From Campylobacterota bacterium (GTDB lineage: Bacteria > Campylobacterota > Campylobacteria > Campylobacterales > Sulfurovaceae): a DNA stretch of 22,703 nt. The stretch is from assembly GCA_034722955.1 (NCBI GenBank), contig JAYEOM010000022.1, positions 1 through 22,703 on the forward strand, in the 5' to 3' direction. Below are positions 10,791 to 20,005 of the stretch, one piece after another. Each line of letters starts with the position of its first letter. Positions within the stretch are counted from its first letter, which is position 1. Both the position numbers and the translations under genes were made by a program. The notes beneath the pieces were generated by a model, which made no database searches, had not been told where the DNA came from, and worked only from the letters and a program-made list of their open reading frames with translations.

Positions 10791-10944
10791 TGAGTTTTCT
10801 TTTCATGTTTTTATGTCGATTGTACTATAAGCTAGAACTACTTATGACTTATATTCCCATAGGACTTACTGCACTACACTTGTTTAGTTTGACCATCAGA
10901 TAAATACAGCATACCATCCTTTCAATGATAAACCAAGACTCCTG

Positions 10945-11100
10945 TTATCTCTTTTTACTCTTTTTTTTACTCTTCTTCTCTAATTTTTCTTTCTTCTTAT
11001 AGTCTTTGATATTTTTTTTGATCTCCTGCTTCAACTCTTTTTTGAGCAAGCTATCCTTCTGTTTTTTGATGTTCTTTTTCATCTCTTTCTTTTTACCCAT
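10945..11100 (-). CDS. Small lysine-rich basic protein (51 aa, absent from the ORF track)
   Basis: Translates to MGKKKEMKKNIKKQKDSLLKKELKQEIKKNIKDYKKKEKLEKKSKKKSKKR; RBS AAGGA upstream; extended -10 TGATAGAAT at 11137-11129. Confidence 0.7.
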   Translation of the reverse strand: MGKKKEMKKNIKKQKDSLLKKELKQEIKKNIKDYKKKEKLEKKSKKKSKKR

Positions 11101-11297
11101 TTTCAATCCTTATAATATTTTAGGCTCTATTCTATCATATAGACCTTTGTATCTAATAGTAGGATAAAAAAACTTTGAATTTTATAAAACCTTCTTTTGG
11201 GAAGTTCAAAATGACCCAAATTAACTCCTCACTCCACTTTAACTTATTTTTAATCTACTACTGCTATCCTTAAGAAGTGTATAAATAAAGGGATATT

Positions 11298-11777
11298 ATG
11301 ACAAGTAAAAAACTCTATCTTCTCCGTCATGCCAAATCAAGCTGGAGTGATTTCTCGCTCGATGATTTCGACCGACCACTCAACAAGAGAGGCAAACGAG
11401 ATGCACCATTGATGGCGGCACGCATGGGCGAAAGAGCCATTGACCCGGAAGTTATCATCTCAAGCCCCGCAAAAAGAGCCAAAACCACAGCCAAATACTT
11501 CTCTAAAATGCTCAATACTAAAGTCATTTACGATGAGAATATTTACGAAGCTAGTACTCTGCAACTCAAAGAGATCATCAATCAAGCATTTGAGGATCAT
11601 GATACGATCATGTTAGTGGGTCACAATCCATCTTTGACGATGCTGAGCAACTCTCTCTGCGGATACCATATAGAGAACATTCCCACTGCTGGTATAGTAG
11701 GAGTAGCTTTTGATAACAAAGATATAGCTAGAACCAAAGGCACTCTGCTCTTCTTTGACTACCCGAAAAACAGTTAG
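11298..11777 (+). CDS. sixA: SixA-family phosphohistidine phosphatase
   Basis: LLRHAKSSW, DFDRPLNKRG, SSPAKRA and LVGHNP motifs. Confidence 0.9.
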   Translation: MTSKKLYLLRHAKSSWSDFSLDDFDRPLNKRGKRDAPLMAARMGERAIDPEVIISSPAKRAKTTAKYFSKMLNTKVIYDENIYEASTLQLKEIINQAFEDHDTIMLVGHNPSLTMLSNSLCGYHIENIPTAGIVGVAFDNKDIARTKGTLLFFDYPKNS

Positions 11778-11883
11778 GTTAACCTCTGTGTGGCTTCTAT
11801 TTTGGTGTTTAGTTAGCCTAAATCACACATGCGGTACGGTTTGTCAGTAGACTCGTTAACTATTCAAAAAGGTTAGAAGTAAT

Positions 11884-12363
11884 ATGAAAGCAGAATTAGT
11901 AACAGGAAACATTCTTGACCAAAAAGTTGATGTTATCGTTAATAGTTGGAATCGTAATATCATTCCTTGGTGGCTATTGTTGCCACAGGGTGTTTCTGGA
12001 GCAATAAAAAAAGTTGGTGGGACAAAACCTTTTAAAGAGGTTGCTAAGTTTGGTCCAATACCTTTGGGTGAAGCGAGACTAACATCAGCGGGAAATCTTA
12101 ATTTCAAAGCCATAATTCATGTAGCCGGTATCAATATGTTTTGGTTTGCCACTGAGTATTCGGTAAAGCAATCTGTAATCAATGCAGTTAAAATCGCAGA
12201 AGAACAAGGATTTGAAAGTATAGCTTTCCCCTTAATCGGCTCTGGCTCGGGTAATAAAGGGGATGACTGGTCATTAAAGTTAACGAATAGTGCTCTAGAA
12301 TCTATTGATGGTAAGGTAAAAGTAATTATCGTGAAATTTACACCAGAAGTAGAGAAGATTTAA
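11884..12363 (+). CDS. Macro-domain (ADP-ribose binding/hydrolase) protein
   Basis: GNILDQKVDVIVN, GVSGAI, GEARLTSAGNL, IIHVAG and SIAFPLIGSG motifs. Confidence 0.9.
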   Translation: MKAELVTGNILDQKVDVIVNSWNRNIIPWWLLLPQGVSGAIKKVGGTKPFKEVAKFGPIPLGEARLTSAGNLNFKAIIHVAGINMFWFATEYSVKQSVINAVKIAEEQGFESIAFPLIGSGSGNKGDDWSLKLTNSALESIDGKVKVIIVKFTPEVEKI

Positions 12364-12427
12364 GTCAGATTATCTGGAAATAGGATGTAGCAGTATATAA
12401 TGAAAAAGATAGACCTCTCTCTATTAA

Positions 12428-12450
12428 CAATGCCCAACAGTAGGGCATTG
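12428..12450. terminator. Hairpin between convergent genes (terminator or REP-like)
   Basis: CAATGCCC / 7 nt / GGGCATTG. Confidence 0.6.
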
Positions 12451-12457
12451 CAGAGGT

Positions 12458-12841
12458 TTAGCTAACCGCTACTTCTACAGCTGTACCTTCCCAGATACCG
12501 TGTTTTGTGCAGTAACCGTGTGCTACAAGATTCAACTTCTTTCCTGTTGGAATGATAGTAAATGTAGTTGTGTTGTGAGCTTTTATATTTCCTAGTGTAC
12601 CTGGAATATAAGTTGCTTGAGCTAGTTTTGTATCACCATTGAAAAGTGTAATAGACTCGATAAAGTGATCAAAATCATCAGGATGAGTATATTCGTTACC
12701 CATCTTGACAGTTACCTCAAATGGCTCTCCTGCTGTTGCAGTCTCCGCACATGTGATAAACGGTGAGTGTCTATCAATAAGGTCTTTTTTTGCTTCTCTA
12801 TCTACTTCGCTGATGTCTATGTACTTGTTAATTTTTGGCAT
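12458..12841 (-). CDS. Superoxide-reductase-like (desulfoferrodoxin/neelaredoxin, class II SORL) protein
   Basis: DRHSPF, HPDDFDHFI and YCTKHG iron-ligand pattern; extended -10 TGCTATACT at 12883-12875; RBS AAGGA. Confidence 0.88.
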   Translation of the reverse strand: MPKINKYIDISEVDREAKKDLIDRHSPFITCAETATAGEPFEVTVKMGNEYTHPDDFDHFIESITLFNGDTKLAQATYIPGTLGNIKAHNTTTFTIIPTGKKLNLVAHGYCTKHGIWEGTAVEVAVS

Positions 12842-12957
12842 GTTGTATCCTTTTTTATATTTTTGTTATGAGGTAGTATAGCATAAAAAAAGTTAAATAG
12901 GATAAATTTAGTCTTATTTAGAATTTATAGTTAACTGTGTGTAGTATCGAAACACTG

Positions 12958-12979
12958 TAGCTACCCCAAAGGGTAGCTA
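12958..12979. terminator. Hairpin downstream of the CCG subunit gene
   Basis: TAGCTACCC / CAAA / GGGTAGCTA, a perfect 9-bp stem with a weak U-tract. Confidence 0.5.
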
Positions 12980-12998
12980 AGATATCCAGAGTCTGAAG

Positions 12999-13886
12999 TT
13001 ACGCAGTATATAGTTGTGTAGCTTTTTGGACATGGAAATCGAGACCGATCTCTCTCTCTGTACATCCAAGAGCTAAGGCAACCATCTGTGGCATATGAAG
13101 TACCGGCAGCTCTACATCACGACCCATCACTTTGCCTACATCATCCTGATATGTATCCATCTTCAGGTGGCATAGAGGGCAGGGTGTCACCATAATATCT
13201 GCATTGTTATCTATAGCGTCCAACAGGGCATTGCCTGCGAGTACCTCTGATGTATGGTTTGCTTGAAGCTCCACATGGAAACCACAGCACTTGTTTTTGT
13301 GAGTATAATCAACAGGGTGACCCTCTAGTGCATCTATAAGCTGATCTAGTGAAGTAGGATTATATGGGTTTTCACCACCATTACTACTGTTTTGAAGCTC
13401 AGAAGGTCGTATATTGTGACAACCATAGAAAGGTGCTATATTCAAGTGACTAAGGGGTACTGTGACTTTATCTTTGATATTCTCAAGTCCATACTCATCT
13501 ATCAGAGTATACAAGAAGTGTTTGATTTGGGATGTACCTTTGTACTCTAGTCCAACCTCTGCAAGCTTCTCATTGACTCTTGCCTTGAGCTTTGGATCAG
13601 AGTCAAGTGCATGTTTGGTCATAGCAGAGTTGAGTTGACATGTATTGCAGATAGTGATCATAGTCAAGCCTAGCTTCTCTGCATAACAGATATTTCTGGC
13701 ATTGAGTACATGTGCCAAGAACTCATCAAAGTCCTGAAGGTGACTCGCACCACAACAGCTCGCTTCCTCTAAGATGGTGATCTCGATCCCTAGCTTCTCT
13801 GCTACGGCAAGTGTAGAGGAGAGCAGTTCAGGTGTTGATTGTTTAGCTGTACAACCTGTAAACAGTGCATATTTTAATTGGCTCAT
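12999..13886 (-). CDS. CCG-domain (HdrB-like) subunit of E-type succinate dehydrogenase/fumarate reductase
   Basis: Two CCG motifs: FTGC...SCCG...CNTC and FYGC...KCCG...CPLC. Confidence 0.9.
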   Translation of the reverse strand: MSQLKYALFTGCTAKQSTPELLSSTLAVAEKLGIEITILEEASCCGASHLQDFDEFLAHVLNARNICYAEKLGLTMITICNTCQLNSAMTKHALDSDPKLKARVNEKLAEVGLEYKGTSQIKHFLYTLIDEYGLENIKDKVTVPLSHLNIAPFYGCHNIRPSELQNSSNGGENPYNPTSLDQLIDALEGHPVDYTHKNKCCGFHVELQANHTSEVLAGNALLDAIDNNADIMVTPCPLCHLKMDTYQDDVGKVMGRDVELPVLHMPQMVALALGCTEREIGLDFHVQKATQLYTA

Positions 13887-13895
13887 TGTCTCTCC

Positions 13896-14900
13896 TTATA
13901 TCTTAGGCAATTTGTTTGTTTGTGAAATTTTGATCAATTTCTGGATCTCATCAAGATTTTTGGACTTTGGCATGTTGTCTACAAATGGAAGTGCATCAGA
14001 GAAGTGGATCTTACCGGCTTTGAGCATCTTCATCGCGGTCTTGACATGTTTGTGCATACCCAATGGACCTTCGGAGTAGAGAACGATATCTGCTTCATCT
14101 AGGAAACCATTTTTCTTGATACTCTTCACAAAACCTTCTGCATGTTTGGTAGCTACATTGCGACGGGCAATATTTTGTGCAAACTGCATATTGTGTAGCT
14201 TTGTGATCTTCTCTATAGGGTTGACCTCTTTAGGACAAGCCTCTGCACACTCAAAGCACTTGACGCAGTCCCAGACACCCTGAGATGATTGTGATGTGAG
14301 CTCAAGTCTCTCTTTTGCTTCATCATCACGAGGATCTATGCTAAATCTATATGCAGCGGCAAATGCAGCCGGTCCAAAGAACTCTTCATTGGCTTCAAGG
14401 GCAGGACAAGCGTAGTGACAGTTTCCACACTGAATACAGTAGTCTGCATCGAGGAAATCTTCTACTTGTTCTGGTGACATCTTTGTCTCATGCTTTGGAT
14501 GAGACTCTATATTGGCTATCACAAATGGTTTGACAGCAGCATGTTTCTCCCAGAAGTCTGTTTTGTCTATGATCATATCTTTGATGACTCGTTTTTTACT
14601 CTGCGGATCAAAGATCAACTCATCTCCAAAGAGATCTATCATATCCCAAGCATTCTCTTTGCAGGATAGTACAGGTTTGCCATTGACTTTGATAGAGCAG
14701 GAGCCGCATATACCGTGACGACATGATCTTCTATATGAGAATGAACCGTCATGTTCCCACTTGATACGGTTAAGCAGATCAAGGATCAGCTCATGGTTTT
14801 CAACTTCCATCTCATATGTTTTATAATAAGGAAGGTAGTCTGTCTCTGCATTAAATCGAAATGCTTTGATGGTTATTTTTTTGTATTTGTGTGTAAACAT
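13896..14900 (-). CDS. sdhB: Succinate dehydrogenase/fumarate reductase Fe-S subunit (E-type, C-terminally extended)
   Basis: SCRHGICGSC...C (2Fe-2S), CIQCGNCHYACP, and CVKCFECAEACP with four Cys. Confidence 0.92.
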   Translation of the reverse strand: MFTHKYKKITIKAFRFNAETDYLPYYKTYEMEVENHELILDLLNRIKWEHDGSFSYRRSCRHGICGSCSIKVNGKPVLSCKENAWDMIDLFGDELIFDPQSKKRVIKDMIIDKTDFWEKHAAVKPFVIANIESHPKHETKMSPEQVEDFLDADYCIQCGNCHYACPALEANEEFFGPAAFAAAYRFSIDPRDDEAKERLELTSQSSQGVWDCVKCFECAEACPKEVNPIEKITKLHNMQFAQNIARRNVATKHAEGFVKSIKKNGFLDEADIVLYSEGPLGMHKHVKTAMKMLKAGKIHFSDALPFVDNMPKSKNLDEIQKLIKISQTNKLPKI

Positions 14901-14911
14901 CTCTCTACTCC

Positions 14912-16636
14912 TTAGTATGTTCGCTCTTGAGGCTCAAATTTACCCTGAACTACATCTGCATATTCATGAGTCATATGGTAGTTTTCATCCATATAAGCAT
15001 ATGTATGTTTCATAAATTTCTCATCATCTCTAGTCGGGAAATCCTCACGGAAGTGAGCACCGCGACTCTCCTCTCTCGCCAATCCTCCCTCAACAATAAA
15101 GAGTGAAAACTCCAACATGTGCTCTAGCTCTATAGCCTCTTGGAGTTCGGTATTGAAGGTATTGCTCTTATCATCTATACGGATATTTTTAAAACGCTTA
15201 AGCAGCTTCTTGATGATATTGCTCTGGTGTTTGAGTGATTTCTCTGTTCTAAATACACCGGCATTGTCGGTCATACTCTGCTGAAGCTCCTCTCTCAGAT
15301 CAGGAACCCTCTCTGTTCCATTGTTAGTTTTGATCCATTCGATCTCATCTAACATCTTTTGGGCATCATCGGTTGTGACCTCTCTAGTCTCTATATTGTC
15401 TATATCTCTGAGCATGCTCTCACCGGCATGTCGTCCAAAGAGCAGTGCCTCCAGAACAGAGTTGGCTCCGAGTCTGTTGGCACCATGTACAGATACACAG
15501 GAGCACTCACCTGCCGCATAGAAGCCCTCTACCAACTCATCTGGAGATCTCCTGACATGGCAGTTGATATCTGTAGGTATACCACCCATAGAGTAGTGTG
15601 CAGTTGCAGCGATCATGATAGGCTCTTTGAGCATATCCTGACCTAGGAATGTGATAGCAAGCTCTCTAAGTTCAGGTAGTTTGGTTAGGATGATATTGGG
15701 ATCAAGATGAGTGAGATCGATCCATACGGCATCTTTCTCTGGTCCAATGCCACGACCCTCTAGTACCTCTTTGGTAATGGCTCGTGCAACTACATCGCGC
15801 GAAGCTAGTTCCATAGCATTGGGAGCATACTTTTCCATAAATCTCTCACCCTCTGAGTTGAATAGACGACCTCCCTCACCACGAGCTGCTTCTGATATAA
15901 GGATACCCGAACCACCTAGTCCGCTAGGGTGAAACTGTACAAACTCCATATCTTCTAGTGGCAATCCATGTCTAGCTACTATAGAGAGTGCATCTCCTGT
16001 GTTGGCGTGGGCATTTGAGTTGATCTTAAATGCTCTACCATATCCACCAGTAGCAAACATGACAACTTTCGCACCAAAAACAGCAGGTTTGCTATCTCTG
16101 ATATCATAAGCAGCAACACCAGATACTTTGCCATCTTTGTATATGATGTCAGCGGCATACCACTCATCAAATACTTCAATGCCTGCACGGTCTGCCTGCT
16201 CATAGATAGTCTGAAGCAGTGTCAAACCTGTGCGGTCTTTGGCATAACATGCTCTAGGCTTGGATTGACCCCCAAAAGGTCTGATCGCGATATCACCCTC
16301 TTCATCCCTAGAGAAGACAGCACCCATTCTCTCAGCCCATCGAACGGTCTCTGGTGCCTTGCTGCAGAGCAGCTCTACACAATCCTGATCAGCGAGGTAG
16401 TCACTACCTTTGACTGTATCGAACTCATGTAGCTCAATGCTGTCATCTTTACCTAATGCTGCATTGATACCCCCCTGTGCTGCACCAGAGTGGCTTCTGA
16501 GCGGGTGAAGCTTGGTGATGACGGCTGTTTTTTTACCAGCTGCAGTCAGCTCTCTGGCGGCTGCGAGACCAGCCAAACCAGCACCAACAATGACAGCGTC
16601 ATATTTGTAGATTTTAACATCTGGGTTTGTATTCAT
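14912..16636 (-). CDS. sdhA: Succinate dehydrogenase/fumarate reductase flavoprotein subunit
   Basis: [16 protein letters not shown] (covalent-FAD His), [32 protein letters not shown] and ESRGAH motifs. Confidence 0.95.
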   Translation of the reverse strand: MNTNPDVKIYKYDAVIVGAGLAGLAAARELTAAGKKTAVITKLHPLRSHSGAAQGGINAALGKDDSIELHEFDTVKGSDYLADQDCVELLCSKAPETVRWAERMGAVFSRDEEGDIAIRPFGGQSKPRACYAKDRTGLTLLQTIYEQADRAGIEVFDEWYAADIIYKDGKVSGVAAYDIRDSKPAVFGAKVVMFATGGYGRAFKINSNAHANTGDALSIVARHGLPLEDMEFVQFHPSGLGGSGILISEAARGEGGRLFNSEGERFMEKYAPNAMELASRDVVARAITKEVLEGRGIGPEKDAVWIDLTHLDPNIILTKLPELRELAITFLGQDMLKEPIMIAATAHYSMGGIPTDINCHVRRSPDELVEGFYAAGECSCVSVHGANRLGANSVLEALLFGRHAGESMLRDIDNIETREVTTDDAQKMLDEIEWIKTNNGTERVPDLREELQQSMTDNAGVFRTEKSLKHQSNIIKKLLKRFKNIRIDDKSNTFNTELQEAIELEHMLEFSLFIVEGGLAREESRGAHFREDFPTRDDEKFMKHTYAYMDENYHMTHEYADVVQGKFEPQERTY

Positions 16637-16865
16637 AGTAACTACATCCTTATATTGTAATTTGCATTGATTATATCTATTTATGGATCTATTTTAGTTA
16701 TAAAAGTAGATGATTTTTAAAGATATCTGAGGATGTGTTACACTTTTCCATACATCAGATATCCTGTTGGCTGAGATATTTGGGAGAATCCCTAGCAGTC
16801 TGCCTAGCTCATCTGATGAAATTTTGTAGCCAGTTGGGTGTGAGACCAACAGGCTTTGGAGTTAT

Positions 16866-17930
16866 CTATACTTGCTCTGCGTTGCTAACTCGAATGAAAT
16901 CTTCTGAAGAGATAAGTTCCAAGCGTATATCTCTACCGATAGTCTTCTCCATATCATTCAAATTTTTTCTAAACATATCATATGCTTTCTGCTCTTCTAC
17001 TATGAGAACTTGAGCACCAGAATCCAGTGCATCCAACAGGGTAGTCGCTGCTTTGGTATAAGCCAAAGTTTTGTTCTCATCAATGATAGAGAGACCGGAA
17101 AGTTTGTTTGCTCTTGAGAATGGGACTACTGTTGAGTTTGCTTTGGCAATCTTATCATACATGCTTTCTCTGTTTCCGGTAACTGCACCTGCATAGTAGG
17201 CGATCTGTTTTCCCTCTACAGTCTCAAATGCTGGCTCTCTCTCCTCTTTTTTAAGGAGTTTATCTTTTTTCTCAGTAAATTGAACAACAAGATTATCTAT
17301 AATAGAGGGGTTTTTGTGATGTTTTGCCATCATCTTGAGCTCCTCTATGGCATCTGTATGCTCTTGTGCATTGAAGAAGTTGTTCTCATATTCACAGTCA
17401 AATAGTCCAGAGTGTGGAGAGGTGATAGCTTTGAGTATCTCCTCTTTCTGCCCTGAGCCTTCACTTATCATCTTGTGTGCTAGCAGGAGTACTGCATCGC
17501 CTATGTAGTCACGGTCAAACTTCACTGTCTCGGAAGCATAGTGCAGATCATAGAGTGTTTTATAGTACTCCAGCTCCTCCTCGGAGGCAAAAGGTGCCAA
17601 TAGTTCATAACTCTTCATGAAGTCACTATCGTCGATGTTGAGTCCATTGGTAGAGCGATAAGAGTCTACAGGATCGATCTGCAATGAAGTACCTAATCTC
17701 TCCACAACTTCACTCATACTCTGATCACTATCAACAATCAAATCATTGACCCTAAATAGAAGATTCTCTTTGGGATATGAAAAACTTTCATTTTGTTCTT
17801 TTATTGAAGTCAACAGGTCTCTGCTATTCATATCCTCTCTCAATTCAATACTAAAATTTTTATAGTAAGGGAGATAGTCTGTCTCTGAGTTAAAAAAGAA
17901 TGCTTTGATCTTTAGTATAGTAGGTTGCAT
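16866..17930 (-). CDS. Hypothetical protein; Cys-depleted paralog of SdhB plus the CCG-subunit C-terminus (possibly DUF5644-like, from memory)
   Basis: IKAFFFNSETDYLPYYK matches SdhB IKAFRFNAETDYLPYYK; RBS AAGGGAG. Confidence 0.8.
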   Translation of the reverse strand: MQPTILKIKAFFFNSETDYLPYYKNFSIELREDMNSRDLLTSIKEQNESFSYPKENLLFRVNDLIVDSDQSMSEVVERLGTSLQIDPVDSYRSTNGLNIDDSDFMKSYELLAPFASEEELEYYKTLYDLHYASETVKFDRDYIGDAVLLLAHKMISEGSGQKEEILKAITSPHSGLFDCEYENNFFNAQEHTDAIEELKMMAKHHKNPSIIDNLVVQFTEKKDKLLKKEEREPAFETVEGKQIAYYAGAVTGNRESMYDKIAKANSTVVPFSRANKLSGLSIIDENKTLAYTKAATTLLDALDSGAQVLIVEEQKAYDMFRKNLNDMEKTIGRDIRLELISSEDFIRVSNAEQV

Positions 17931-18041
17931 ATGATACTCCTTGGGTGTTATTGCGGTGATTGTATCCTATATTATATATCGGTTTGATGATCTAGATCTA
18001 TACTAGAGGTAAACAGGGTTAAGTATGTTACAATTCCTGCC

Positions 18042-18869
18042 ATGAATAGATTAGATAAAGAACACTACCTTATAAATGCTCTCAGTTCGAAGTATATCGG
18101 GGATGATGCCGCTGTAGTCGGAGAGAGGCTCTATAGTATGGATGCTTTCTTTGAAGATGTACATTTTCACAGAGCTTGGATGACTCCACGGCAGATAGCC
18201 CGAAAAGCGATGCTGATCAATCTCTCAGATGCAATCGCTATGAATGCTACTCCCCTCTATGCGTTGGCTACTATCGCCATACCTAAAGATTTGGCTCTAG
18301 ATGATATAGAGGAGCTTGCCCAAAGTCTGGAATCAACAGCTAGAGAGTATGGATGTGAAATTATCGGTGGAGATACGATAGGCGGTGACAAGCTCCATAT
18401 TTCGATCACTATCATCTCAAAAAGTGATGACCCTCTACTACGAAAAGGTTTGCAAGAGGGTGATCTGCTAGCCTACACCGGCATACTTGGCAAAAGTAAA
18501 CGAGATCTAGATAGACTCTTGCGTGGCGAAAAGATAGCCAATGATTCCAGATTTTATGAGCCGATACTAAGAAGAGAGTTCATCAGCAAAGCGAGATCAT
18601 ATCTCTGTGCCGGCATGGATATCTCAGATGGGCTATATTGTGACACTAACAAAATAGTCGACTATAACGATATGGGCTTTGAGCTTATGATGGATATTGA
18701 TGATGAGATAGGCTTGAGTGGTGAAGAGTATGAGATGTTGGTAGGATTTTCACCTGCAAACAGAGAGAGAGTAATGAGAGTCGCAAAAGAGAGAGATCTA
18801 CCACTGACTATATTTGCAACAGTTACAAAGAACCAAAGACGGTTTACCTGCAATAGCCATCATTTTTAG
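18042..18869 (+). CDS. thiL: Thiamine-monophosphate kinase
   Basis: IGDDAAV, DVHF, NLSDAIAM, IIGGDT, AGMDISDGL and SGEEYE motifs; extended -10 TGTTACAAT at 18026-18034. Confidence 0.93.
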   Translation: MNRLDKEHYLINALSSKYIGDDAAVVGERLYSMDAFFEDVHFHRAWMTPRQIARKAMLINLSDAIAMNATPLYALATIAIPKDLALDDIEELAQSLESTAREYGCEIIGGDTIGGDKLHISITIISKSDDPLLRKGLQEGDLLAYTGILGKSKRDLDRLLRGEKIANDSRFYEPILRREFISKARSYLCAGMDISDGLYCDTNKIVDYNDMGFELMMDIDDEIGLSGEEYEMLVGFSPANRERVMRVAKERDLPLTIFATVTKNQRRFTCNSHHF

Positions 18870-18882
18870 CCTTGGGTTAGCC

Positions 18883-19518
18883 CTATATCAACTCTGCACA
18901 AATATTTTTAACAATATCAATATATTCAGAGTTTTCTCTGTATAGTATATAGTACTTTTTTACAATGGGAGTATTGTTGATAGAGGATTCATATAGATGA
19001 TTATATTTTAGTTCATACTCAATAGCGGTCTTAGAGACGATAGCTATATCGGTGATTGGGTTGCTTGGTCTTGACCATTTTATGCTTTGGATAATGGCTG
19101 TTTGGTTATCTACTTCTGATATGGAGTCGAAATCATAATAGAATAACCCCTGCTCTTCGAGGAGATCCTCAATAAATGCTCTACTAGATGAGCCTCTTTC
19201 GCTACTGATCAGTTGGCATCTGCTCAAATCATCTCTATCTAGTGAATTTGGCAGTCTCTTTTTGGAGCAGATAACCCACTCATCATCCATCCACTCTCTA
19301 CAGACTAGACTATCATCAAAAACAGGAGACTCTACGAAGCCCAAATCAACTCTATTCTCTTTTATCGCTTTGGCTATCTCACTACAGGGGGCAATAGTCA
19401 ATTTAATTTTACAATCTGCCTTCTGGTGAATAGTGTCAATTATCTCACCAGGGAGTATATGTGAGCCGATAGTATATGAAGCCCCAAGTCTAAATTTATC
19501 TTCTGTTTGTGTTGACAT
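18883..19518 (-). CDS. LysR substrate-binding-domain-only protein (no HTH)
   Basis: Begins at FRLGASYTIGSHILP, followed by DLGFVES and ERGSSSR (CysL-like effector domain); only 211 aa. Confidence 0.8.
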   Translation of the reverse strand: MSTQTEDKFRLGASYTIGSHILPGEIIDTIHQKADCKIKLTIAPCSEIAKAIKENRVDLGFVESPVFDDSLVCREWMDDEWVICSKKRLPNSLDRDDLSRCQLISSERGSSSRAFIEDLLEEQGLFYYDFDSISEVDNQTAIIQSIKWSRPSNPITDIAIVSKTAIEYELKYNHLYESSINNTPIVKKYYILYRENSEYIDIVKNICAELI

Positions 19519-19922
19519 TATATCTCTTTTTTTATCTCGATATCTGCATGAAAAGCCATAGCCAAGTAGTTTAGAGAAGAGAAGAACTGTTTTTCATCCA
19601 GTGGCTTCATGATGTAAGCATCGATCTCTAACTCTAAAGCTTTCTCTTTGAACTCTGGCTCATTATATGCAGTAAATAGAGAGATTATCTGTTTGGGGTT
19701 GAGCTCTTTTATCTTCTCACTCATCTCTATCCCGTTCATATTTGGCATAACTATATCAGAGAGTACAATATTGGGGTGTATCTTTTTGTATAGAGCTAAA
19801 CCCTCTATACCATCATTGGCGACAAAGACCTCTTTACAGTATCTATTGAGAATTTTCTCTATCAACTTCTGAGTAGCAAGATCATCTTCGACATACATTA
19901 CAGTTGTATCATTCAAATACAT
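19518..19922 (-). CDS. Single-domain response regulator (receiver)
   Basis: YVEDD, SDIVMPNMNG (phospho-Asp), FTAY and YIMKP motifs; its stop overlaps the next start (TAATG). Confidence 0.92.
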   Translation of the reverse strand: MYLNDTTVMYVEDDLATQKLIEKILNRYCKEVFVANDGIEGLALYKKIHPNIVLSDIVMPNMNGIEMSEKIKELNPKQIISLFTAYNEPEFKEKALELEIDAYIMKPLDEKQFFSSLNYLAMAFHADIEIKKEI

Positions 19923-20005
19923 ACCTCTGCCTTTTAGCTTTTATTTATTTGACATAATAACTAAATATTATTTAAATATATGTTATTTTTTATATTATTG
20001 GAATT

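Noticed and set aside
10874..10912. 12-codon minus-strand ORF (MLYLSDGQTKQV) with an AAGGA upstream
   Set aside because: Too short to support without conservation or ribosome profiling data
16769..16820. GGCTGAGA (TPP riboswitch-like) and CTGATGA (hammerhead-like) words
   Set aside because: The remaining conserved cores (ACCTGA...TAAT...GCG.AGG for TPP; stem II plus GAAA for hammerhead) are absent
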